Source of the DNA: an uncultured Methanosarcinaceae archaeon
GTDB lineage: Archaea; Halobacteriota; Methanosarcinia; Methanosarcinales; Methanosarcinaceae
Direction: 5' to 3'
Length of the DNA stretch: 64,000 nt
Assembly: GCA_963847185.1 (NCBI GenBank)
Contig: CAWJYV010000008.1
Coordinates: 352,001 to 416,000 of the forward strand
Positions 54,845-64,000 of this stretch are shown piece by piece. Below the pieces are notes generated by a model. The model was not told where the DNA came from, ran no database searches, and saw nothing but the letters and a program-made list of their open reading frames with translations. The translations under genes were made by a program, and so were the position numbers. Numbering within the stretch: position 1 is the first letter of the stretch; each line of letters opens with the position of its first letter.

Positions 54845-56017
54845 ATGAGAGACGTAGCAATTATCGGAGTAAAGAATACCAAGTTCGGAGAACTCTGGGA
54901 AAAATCCCTGAGGGACATAGTCGTAGAAGCCGGAATAGGTGCAATCGAAGATGCAGGTGTTAGCGGAAAAGAAATAAATGCTCTCTATGTAGGGAACATG
55001 AGTGGAGGCCGCTTTGTTGAGCAGGAACATATAGGAGCTCTTATCGCAGATTATTCCGGGCTTTCCAGAAATCTTCACATTCCGGCTACCAGAGTAGAGG
55101 CTGCCTGTGCATCTGGCGGGCTTGCTCTTCGCCAGGCCATTATGTCTGTAGCATCTGGTTATACTGACATCGTGGTTGCGGCCGGGGCAGAGAAGATGAC
55201 CGATGTCGGGTCTGAAGAAGCATCTGCAGCTCTTGCGGCAGCAGCCGACAGGGAATGGGAAGGCATGGCAGGGGCAACTTTCCCTGGCCTTTATGCAATG
55301 ATTGCGAAATTGCATATGCACAAATATGGAACCACAAGCGAACAGCTTGCAGAAGTTGCCGTAAAAAACCATAAAAACGGTTCTTTCAACCCTATAGCTC
55401 AATATAAAAACACAATTACTGTGGAAGATGTCTTGAAATCCATAATGGTAGCAGATCCTCTGCATATTTTCGACTGCTCTCCAATAACGGATGGAGCTTC
55501 AGCCCTTGTGCTTGCTCCTGCTGATATCGCCCACAAATATACCGATACCCCCATTTATATCAAGGCAACAGCCCAGGCAAGTGATACGATTGCGCTTCAT
55601 GATAGAAGGGATATAACGACTCTGGATGCAACTGTAATGGCTGCAAAGCGAGCCTATGATATGGCAAAGTTGAAGCCTGAAAATATTGACCTTGTGGAAG
55701 TTCACGACTGCTTTACTATTGCGGAAATATGTGCTATTGAAGATCTCGGCTTTGCAGAAAAAGGTAAAGGCGGAATTGTCACCGCAAACGGAGAAACTTC
55801 AATAGGAGGAAGAATTCCTGTCAACACATCTGGCGGCCTTAAAGCCTGCGGACATCCTGTAGGAGCAACGGGCATAAAGCAAGCAGTAGAAGTTGTGACC
55901 CAGCTGCGCGGAGAGGCAGGCAAACGCCAGGTAGCAGGTGCAAAGTATGGAATGACCCACAATGTAGGAGGGTCAGGAGCAACAGCAGTAGTACACATCT
56001 TCTCGAGGGAGAGGTGA
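54845..56017 (+). CDS. Acetoacetyl-CoA thiolase
   Basis: [20 protein letters not shown]. Confidence 0.94.
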   Translation: MRDVAIIGVKNTKFGELWEKSLRDIVVEAGIGAIEDAGVSGKEINALYVGNMSGGRFVEQEHIGALIADYSGLSRNLHIPATRVEAACASGGLALRQAIMSVASGYTDIVVAAGAEKMTDVGSEEASAALAAAADREWEGMAGATFPGLYAMIAKLHMHKYGTTSEQLAEVAVKNHKNGSFNPIAQYKNTITVEDVLKSIMVADPLHIFDCSPITDGASALVLAPADIAHKYTDTPIYIKATAQASDTIALHDRRDITTLDATVMAAKRAYDMAKLKPENIDLVEVHDCFTIAEICAIEDLGFAEKGKGGIVTANGETSIGGRIPVNTSGGLKACGHPVGATGIKQAVEVVTQLRGEAGKRQVAGAKYGMTHNVGGSGATAVVHIFSRER

Positions 56018-56022
56018 TATAG

Positions 56023-56421
56023 ATGTCTTCCGTTCCAAGATTCTGGAGAAATCTCGACAGCCGGTATAATCTTGTAGGTACCCGCTGCAAAGAATGTGGA
56101 AATTTTTTCTATCCACCACGTAATTTCTGCGTAAACTGCAGGCGTACAGGTCAGATTGAGACCTACAAGTTTAAAGGTACAGGCGAAATAGTAAGCTACA
56201 CATTAATTCATACAGCTGCAGAGGGTTTTGAAAACCAGGCTCCCTATACACTTGCAATAATTCAGCTTGATGAGGGTCCCCGTCTTACTTCTCAGGTAGT
56301 TGGTGACCCTGAAAAGATGCATATCGGAATGAGGGTAAGATCCATTTTCCGTAAGCTCGGGGAAGATGGTGAACGCGGTATGATTTACTACGGTACCAAA
56401 TTCACCCCTGCAGACGCATAA
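56023..56421 (+). CDS. DUF35 Zn-ribbon/OB-fold scaffold protein
   Basis: CKECG..PPR..CVNC, OB fold; follows HMGCS and thiolase. Confidence 0.93.
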   Translation: MSSVPRFWRNLDSRYNLVGTRCKECGNFFYPPRNFCVNCRRTGQIETYKFKGTGEIVSYTLIHTAAEGFENQAPYTLAIIQLDEGPRLTSQVVGDPEKMHIGMRVRSIFRKLGEDGERGMIYYGTKFTPADA

Positions 56422-56460
56422 CAGGATCCGGGCTTTCCGGATTCTATATTTAAATTAAGT

Positions 56461-56530
56461 TTAAACACACCACCACTAAACACACCACCATTAAACACAC
56501 CACCATTAAACACACACCAAAACACCACAT
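56461..56530. repeat. 15-bp tandem repeat (YTAAACACACCACCA) x3 plus partial copies
   Basis: Directly visible. Confidence 0.88.
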
Positions 56531-56794
56531 TTCTTCACCAATCTTCAAAAATAAGTACGGAAAGCGGGAATGCAAGTAAATATTGCACCCGTGTTTCCTT
56601 TCTTCTATATTTTCTCATTTTTGATTATCGTAATTTTTGGGAAATTTCTCCTAACTGCCAATTTCCTAGCTGTCGATTTTTTGTTCCTGATTTTGGACTA
56701 AAGTTTTAAGTGCATTTGCTGTATTATTCAAGTTCAGAACTATTTTGAAGACTTTCCGGAATTTTTCCGGGTAGAATTGGAGATGTTTGTAAAT

Positions 56795-57328
56795 ATGATT
56801 GAAATAGAAGTCAAGGTCAGAGCTGATCATTCAAAAGTTCGCTCCGTCCTTAAGAATATAGGGGCAACGAAAGTTGGGGTTGAAAATCAGTCAGATTCTT
56901 ATTTTGCAGCCCCACACCGAGATTTTGCAAAAACCGACGAAGCTCTCAGAATTCGTTCTCTGGAAGGTCAGGCTGTCCTGACTTATAAAGGTCCTAAGAT
57001 TGATAAAGTCTCTAAAACCAGGGAAGAACTTGAAACTCCTGTAGATGAAGCCGCTACCACAAAAATACTCCATGCTCTTGGCTTCTCGGATGCGGGAATA
57101 GTTCGAAAAAAAAGGGAAGTATTCAGCGCAGGAGAGATAACTGTCTGCCTTGATGCAGTTGAAGGTCTCGGAGAATTTCTTGAAGTCGAAATTGTTGCTG
57201 AAAACGAAAAAGAACTCGATACTACAAGGGAAAAGCTGTTTGAATTCTTAAAACAATTTGGCGCCGGAGAAAAGGACTCTATCAGAACTTCTTACCTTGA
57301 AATGGTACTAGAGAAAAAAAGTCATTAA
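56795..57328 (+). CDS. cyaB: CYTH-family protein (class IV adenylate cyclase-like)
   Basis: EIEVK, ALRIR, LTYKGP, LGEFLEVE, SYLE. Confidence 0.9.
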   Translation: MIEIEVKVRADHSKVRSVLKNIGATKVGVENQSDSYFAAPHRDFAKTDEALRIRSLEGQAVLTYKGPKIDKVSKTREELETPVDEAATTKILHALGFSDAGIVRKKREVFSAGEITVCLDAVEGLGEFLEVEIVAENEKELDTTREKLFEFLKQFGAGEKDSIRTSYLEMVLEKKSH

Positions 57329-57446
57329 TCTACCCTATATTTGGAATTTGCTTCTTTAATCAATATTTTGAGTGGTAATATAAAAAGAAGATCCTGATAA
57401 CTTATGTTTAATTATTTACTCTTTCAAGAAGTAATGTATTTCTAAA

Positions 57447-59422
57447 TTAGGGTATATACAAATGAAAAAAATAAACTCTTCCTAAAGAATCTCCAGCAAC
57501 AATAATATTTTCGTCCTTTAAAATATCAATAGCTGTAAACGGGACATCTCCTGTAAAACAAGAGACTTCAGTACTGATTTCTAAATCCCAAACTTTTAGG
57601 GTTTTATCCGTCGAACCTGAAACAACGTACCTTGGATTAGAGGTGACTGCGACTAAACCGGCAGAATCTGTGTGTCCTTTAAGTGACTTTTTAGCTACTT
57701 TTTTTTCCATGTCCAGAACTTTAATTGTTCTATCGTATGAAGTCGAAACTGCATATTTTCCATCAGGTGTAATCACAATTTTTACTGGTAAAGAGTTATG
57801 TCCTTCCAATGTCACAATTTCGTCTCCTCTTCCCAAACTCCAAATCTTGTGGGTACCATCTCCTGAAGCTGAAACAGCATACTTACCATCTGAAGTTATC
57901 GCTACTGAACCTATGGATCCTGAATGACCCACAAGATTTACTATCTCTATTCCTTTCTCTAAATCCCACACTTTAAGAATTTCATCATGTGAACATGATA
58001 CGACATACTTTGTATTGGGTATGATAGAAATAGTGGACACATAGTCTTTGTGCCCTTTCAATGTTGTTTTTTCTCTCCCTTTTTCCAAATCCCAAACTTT
58101 AAGTGTTTTATCGTCTGAACCTGAAATAGCATACTTTCCATCTGAGGTAATTGCTACTGAAGTCACTCCATCCTTATGCCCTCTTAAAGTCATTTGTTCG
58201 TTTTCTTTTTCCAAGTCCCAAACCCTTAAGGTTTTATCACTTGAACCTGAAACAACATAATTCCCATTAGGGGTTATCGCAAAATCAGTTACTGATTCAA
58301 AATGCCCTTTTAAAGTTGTTTTCTCTTCCCTTTTTCTCAAGTCCCAAACCTTTAGGGTTCCATCGTATGAACCTGAAACAGCATATTTTCCGTCAGGAGT
58401 GATCACTATTTTATTTACTGGTTTTGAATGTCCTTTAGATATTGCTTTGTCATCTCGTTTTCTCAAATCCCAAACTTTTAGAGTTTTATCACTTGAACCT
58501 GAAACAGCATATCTTCCATTAGGAGTAATCGCGATTTTATTTACTGAGTCTGAGTGTCCTATCAAAGTCGAAATTTCTTCCCTTTTTCCCAAGTCCCAAA
58601 CCTTTAGGGTTCCATCGTATGACCCTGAAACGACATGCTTTCCATCAGGTGTGATTATAATTTCAGTTACTGGCTCTGAATGCCCTTTTAAAGTTGCTTT
58701 TTCTTCTCCGGTCTCTAAGTCCCAAACCTTTAGGGTTCCATCAGATGAACCCGAAACAACAAGTTTCCCATCAGAAGGTATCGCAAAATCAGTTACTGGC
58801 TCTGAATGCCCTTTTAAAGTTGTTTTTTCTTCTCCTGTTTCCAAGTCCCAAACCTTTAGGGTTCCATCGTGTGAACCTGAAACAACATGTCTTCCATTAG
58901 AAGTGATTGCAATTGAAAATACCTTCTCGTGCCCTCTCAAAGTTGCTATTTCTTCCCCTTTTTCCAAATCCCAGACTTTAATGATATTATCTCCTGGAAT
59001 TTCATGTAGTGAATTCTCTAAATGGTCAAAAGCGGAAGAAGAAGTAGAAATTACGTATTTTCCATTGGGAGTTATTACAACTTTATTTATCGGCCCTTCA
59101 TGTCCTACTAATGTTGTTTTCTCTCTTCCTGTTCCCAAATCCCAAATTTTAATAGTTTTATCAAGTGAGCCCGAAACGACATATTTTCCGTCTGGAGTGA
59201 TAGCAACTGTTTGAACCCAATGTGTGTGTCCTTTAAGAGTCGTTTTTTCTTCTATTTTTTCCAAATCCCAAATCTTGATATTCTTATCTCCAAACAAGCA
59301 CATTATGTGGTAAGAACAAGAAGCGGCATATTTTCCGTCCAATGATACCGCAATTGCAGTTACAGGAGTGGAATGTCCCTGCAACGTCCCTTTTTCTACC
59401 CATTCATTCAAATCCCAAATTT
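57447..59422 (-). pseudogene. C-terminal WD40 beta-propeller part of the IS-interrupted TIR-NB-ARC-WD40 gene
   Basis: 14 GH..WD-type repeats plus a degenerate terminal blade; in frame with 60163-62793 once the IS and one TSD copy are removed. Confidence 0.9.
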
Positions 59423-60162
59423 GGCATTGGTATCTAAATACTGATATATATTATGAGAACTTATACCTCTTGATGAACTGTCCAAGATGTAAGAGTCTCG
59501 ATCATAATAAGAATGGTAAAGTTAATGGCCGTCAACGCTACAAATGCTCTGATTGTGGGTATAATTATTCAGTAGAGCTAAAATCAACTGCTAGCTCCCC
59601 TTCTGTTAAGAGACAGGCTTTACAACTCTATCTTGAAGGATTAGGATTTCGGTCAATAGGGCGTTTTTTGGGAGTAAGTCATGTTTCTATCCAAAAATGG
59701 ATAAAGAAATTTGGTCAGGAGTTAGAAGAACTAAAAAGCGAAAATGAGATCTCTATTGTTGAAATGGATGAGATGCACACTTACATCGGTAACAAAAAAA
59801 ATATTGCTGGATCTGGATTGCTGTTGATAGAGTTGGGAAAAAGTTCATCAACTGCTCTTTTGGCAGCAGAGGGACAGAAACTGGACAAAATCTCTGGGAA
59901 AAGTTAAAGGAAAAAGAGATTGAAAAAGTGATGACTGATCACTGGAGGGCATATGCAGAGTTCGTTCCAGATAAAATTCATACTCAATCAAAAGCAGAAA
60001 CGTATACTGTTGAAGGATATAACAGCATATTTAGACACTTTCTGGCAAGATTGAGAAGAAAGACAAAATGTTATACTAAGAGTCTTGAAATGCTAAAGTA
60101 TTCAGTTCTTCTCTTAATGAAATACAGAAATAATGAGTTAACTATATTTAGTTAACAATGCC
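59423..60162 (+). mobile_element. IS1-family insertion sequence, apparently intact (740 bp)
   Basis: IRs GGCATTGgtatcTAAATA / GGCATTGttaacTAAATA; 8-bp TSD CCAAATTT (59415-59422, 60163-60170); InsA CPRC..CSDC from 59473, A8 -1 slip near 59794, InsB to 60155. Confidence 0.95.
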
Positions 60163-62793
60163 CCAAATTTTAATAGTTTTGTCCGTTGAAGCAGAAATTG
60201 CATATTTTCCATTGGATGTGATAACAACATCGTTTATCGGATATGTGTGTGCTTCAAAAGTTCTTTTCAGCGAGCCACCGGGTGGTTTTAGGCAAGGTTG
60301 AAGAGGTATTATTTTGACACCGTTTTCTTTCCATTCAGTAGCTTGATCCAACAGTAGTCGTATCCCTTCATTTTGATTGAAAACGTGCAGTCGTCCAATA
60401 AGTTGTCCAGAAAATTGAGCTTCACCTTTAACTATAACGTCAAAAGAAAGCTGGATTGCTCCTTTCACAAGTTCAATTTCTGGTTCATTAGAGATAGATT
60501 CGTAATCATGAAGTAGGGAATTTAAATCAGGTATTCCTTTTCCGTCTTTTTCCTGCATTAAACGAACACATTTGATCTTTTTGCACATCCATTCAAAATT
60601 CAAAAGAAGCTTGCGAAGCTCTTCTCTTTTTCCTGCTTCTTTCATATGATATGCAAGATGTCTGTAAAAATAGCCATCTTCAGGACCTGAACTCCATTTA
60701 TTGTCACATTCCTTCCCATATGCTTCCAGTATATTGTTATGGAGGTTGGGAAAATCGCCTGCTTTTGCTCTCAGGTAGTCGAACTGAAGGTCATGTAAAG
60801 ATATAAGACGATTAGGGGCTTCACCATCAAGCCGCAAAAGAGATCTGTCTTTTAATTTAGTAAGCAGCTTTTCAACGTTACGTCTTTTCAGATTTCCAGT
60901 ATGTCCCCATAGAGTTGTAATCGTAGCTTCAGGCACTAATTCATCTTCAGGGAAGATCACTAATTCCTGATAACGCAGTACAGCATTAGGGTCTTCGTGT
61001 GAGAGAAAATCAACACTAACTTTCAATGCTCTTCCTACATTGGGATCTGGATAATTTGGTAAATGAGCTTCAATGAATTCAAGATCAGCTTCTTGTAAAG
61101 CTTCAAGGATATACATCCATGATATTCCACTTTTGGCCATAGCACCACATATGGATAGAGCAAGTGGTAGGTATCCGCATTCTCTGGCAATCTCTGCAGC
61201 GTGAGATGGCAATGAATTAACTTCCTCTTCGCACCAGTTTGCCAGAAGTTTCAAAGCGTCAGGTTCGCTTAGTACTTCGATTTTATGTTCTTGAGCTCCA
61301 AGAGAAGTGACCACATCATTATTTCGTGTGGTAATAAGTAGCCTGCAGCGTGAACCTAAAGCATTGACGAAAGGTGTAGCTTGTGGAACTTTCCATATGT
61401 CATCAAGTACAATGAGGCATATCTTTTCAGAAAGTACATTTGAAAGACTTGCTTCAGCTTCTCTTTTGCTTCTATAATTTGCAGGGTCATCTCCAAATTT
61501 TGTCCCAATCAATCTCATGTACTCAATAAGATCAGAATCCGATGTATCCAATCCAACAGTTACCCAGAATATCCCATCACAAAAAGCTCTACGAGTTTCC
61601 ACAGCGCGGGCAAAAGCTGTTGATAGTACAGATTTTCCCATTCCCCCCATACCTTGAAGGGCGGTAATCTTCTTTGAGGATGTGATTACCACAGGTTTAA
61701 CAGTGTCAGCTAATATTATTTCTTTAATTATATTGAGGTCATCTTTTCTAGGTAAGTAGTTAGGGGGTAGTGAGGGAACTCCAATTAAAGGACCAAGTGG
61801 AGGGATAGGCTCTTTTATAAGCCGGATCAGTTCTTCGAGCGCTTCGTCATAAGGACGCGTTTCTCGGAAATCCGGGCAATGTAGTTTCGACATTTCAGGG
61901 AGAAGTAATTTATAATCCCCCATACGCAAAATTGGAATTACACCTTTACTAAAAAGAAGGGCGTGTTCCCATTCATACCTAACAGAATCGGATTCTAATG
62001 CTTTAGGTCCGATAACGGCAATTAACAGGTCTGAGTCCTCAATTGCATCTCGTATTTCCTGTAGAAAAGTTCTGCCGCGATTTTTCATAGCGGCTCTGTC
62101 CCACCAGATCTTAAAACTTTTCTCTTTAAGATCTTTATAGAGTTTTTCTACAAATGGTTCGTCATCTTCTCGGGCATATGAAATAAATAAGGATGGTAGT
62201 TTTTCAACTGGACTTTCTTTTTCTTCAATTCCTATGGAGCTATCGCTTATAAGCTTTTTAATATCGTTAAATCCGTTTGCTACTTCTTTTTTTATATCGA
62301 AGTGCCGACGGTTGGCGAGGGCATTAGAAGCACCTGAAGATCCCTCATTTGCTGCTCTGTTTAGAGAAACTTGAATTCCTTCGTCCAGTACCTCAAATAC
62401 CTTAAATAAAAAAGAATTTCTTTCCTCGGTTTCCAGATCTCTTCTTCCATTCTCTATCCTTATTGTCTTGGGAAACAATGATACAAAATTTTTCTTGATA
62501 TCGTCAAGGTTTTTATTCATACCACTTTGAAACACATACAATTGCTTGATTATTGATTCGATATCCTCAGATTCGTATAAAATCTCACAAATAGCCTTTA
62601 TATCCTCTTGATATATCAGAGGAAACTCTTCTAATTCTGTTTTCGCTATAATTATTTTTTCAAAATCAGCTTCTCTAATTGCTGTTTTCTCAATCGGCTC
62701 CCTTTCAAAAATATAGCTTTTTACTTTATTATATAGGTAGACCCCTACGCTGCTTATCCCTCCACTTATTAAATCTTCAGCAGTAGGTTTCAT
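60163..62793 (-). pseudogene. N-terminal part of NLR-like STAND protein: helical N-region + TIR + NB-ARC + APAF-1-like helical domain + first WD40
   Basis: TIR LFISYARED..SVRYEWEHA; Walker A GMGGMGKS; Walker B LIVLDDIW; LLITTR; CGYLPLAL; LHDL. Confidence 0.92.
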
Positions 62794-63789
62794 GGTGTAC
62801 CCTTGGAATTTTAGTCTCATGTTTCGAGGAATTATTTCCCAATTAAACCTTTCGTTTTTGTTTATTTGGGATCTTTTTTAAGTTTTTACAAGTAAAAAAG
62901 TTCCTTCCCATTTTATTAGGTAGTTATGTTGATATTTGGTAAAACAAAACAATGATTATCTACAAGTTCTTTTTCTGATCCTTCCCTCGTAATCAGCCTT
63001 CTTACGCTGTTTTTGTCACGCTCGCTTGCGAGCGGCTTTTCTTATGAAATATAAAAAGGATATATTACTCCAAGAATACATTCTTTAAAAGAAGGAGCAA
63101 TTACTCAGAACCTGATTCCATTTTATTTCTATTTTCCCCATATCATTAAGGGTTATTGAGTCTCATTTAATAAATTAAGTGTAACTTCAGATATTTCTAA
63201 AAAAAAATATATTGTAATAGGATTATTTGCTATTCAAAGGGATAAAAAATTTTAATTTTTGGTTTCAAATATCTTTAATCCTTATTTTGGATTTTTTATT
63301 TAGTATACTAAATAAAAAAGCTGGATGCCGTAATTGAAAATAATTATAATTTGTCAATATATTAAGGTTTTATTCAACTTTATTACTCCTTTTAACGATT
63401 AATAAAATTTATTTTTCCGCATATCTGTCTATTATTATCTATTTTGATATAAGAGATTGCTTTATTAGCTTATTGTCAAAATAAACAATTTAAATCATTT
63501 ATTTTATACTCTCTTTTTAAAGAAACCTATTATTGCATCTTTATGAACATTTATCTGCATTTTTCCTATTTCGATTATCAACACACTATTAATATTTATT
63601 TTAGCTTTCAGTAGCTATATATCTTTAACTTAATATGATATTATCTAATGAATGTTCTTTCAATAGTAAAAAAGAATATTCATAGTAAAACTAGAACTTA
63701 AATAATCAATCTAACTAAGGGAATCAAATTGAAAGTACACCAGTTTAAGAATTGTGTTAAATCTGGAGAATAGTGGGGAATCAAGACAA

Positions 63790-64000
63790 ATGCCAAAACA
63801 AGTCTTTGACGTCATAAAAAAGGCAGGTTATCTTTTCATGGTAACCTTAATGTTATTAACACCTGCAGCTGCAGAGAGCAACGCAGGAAGCAAAAGCATT
63901 ACATATAACAATGGGACGAGTTCAGGGAACTCATTTGAAGATGTCTCATTGGAAAATGTCGAATTTAACAATGTGACATTTATCAATGTTACATTTATCA
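63790..64000 (+). CDS. Secreted protein with pentapeptide-like repeats (5' partial)
   Basis: MPKQVFDVIKKAGYLFMVTLMLLTPAAA signal peptide then FEDVS LENVE FNNVT FINVT F; runs off window. Confidence 0.7.
   Translation, partial: MPKQVFDVIKKAGYLFMVTLMLLTPAAAESNAGSKSITYNNGTSSGNSFEDVSLENVEFNNVTFINVTFI

Noticed and set aside
58399-59214. 271-aa plus-strand ORF with repetitive sequence
   Set aside because: Antisense shadow of the WD40 repeats
57447-59411. Diversity-generating retroelement acting on the WD40 repeats
   Set aside because: No reverse transcriptase and no non-coding template repeat with adenine-specific differences in the window
63165-63190. ATTAAGTGTAACTTCAG as a possible orphan IS end
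   Set aside because: No partner inverted repeat or transposase remnant visible; needs a genome-wide search

Overview
Archaeal chromosome window, very likely Methanosarcina (methanogenesis marker genes, RamA, MM0924-type proteins, long AT-rich intergenic regions). Most of it is core genome: GGGP synthase, rpl40e (missed by the ORF track), purB, ramA, SRP RNA, tRNA-Ser(GCT), eIF5A/agmatinase, the MCR-activation cluster (atwA-mmp3-6-5-15-17-7), fen1, mptG, gpmI, purH, nth, a Ni/Co ECF transporter, dinB and the HMGCS-thiolase-DUF35 cluster. Three IS elements are present: two IS1-family and one decayed IS5-family. Two things stand out. (1) An NLR/APAF-1-like gene of about 1,530 aa (N-terminal helical region, TIR, NB-ARC, about 16 WD40 repeats, several near-identical at DNA level) is split by an intact IS1 with a clean 8-bp target duplication. 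(2) Two dispersed copies of an unannotated ~95-nt structured element lie between purB and ramA, each with a conserved TATA-like motif positioned to start transcription at the base of the closing stem; these are candidate paralogous sRNAs. Smaller observations include tandem Sm-like mini-proteins, a degenerate TrmO-like barrel, an apparently inactive solo Cas4-like protein, a NikR-type operator and several single-base frameshifts. All family assignments come from motif recognition by eye; no searches were run.
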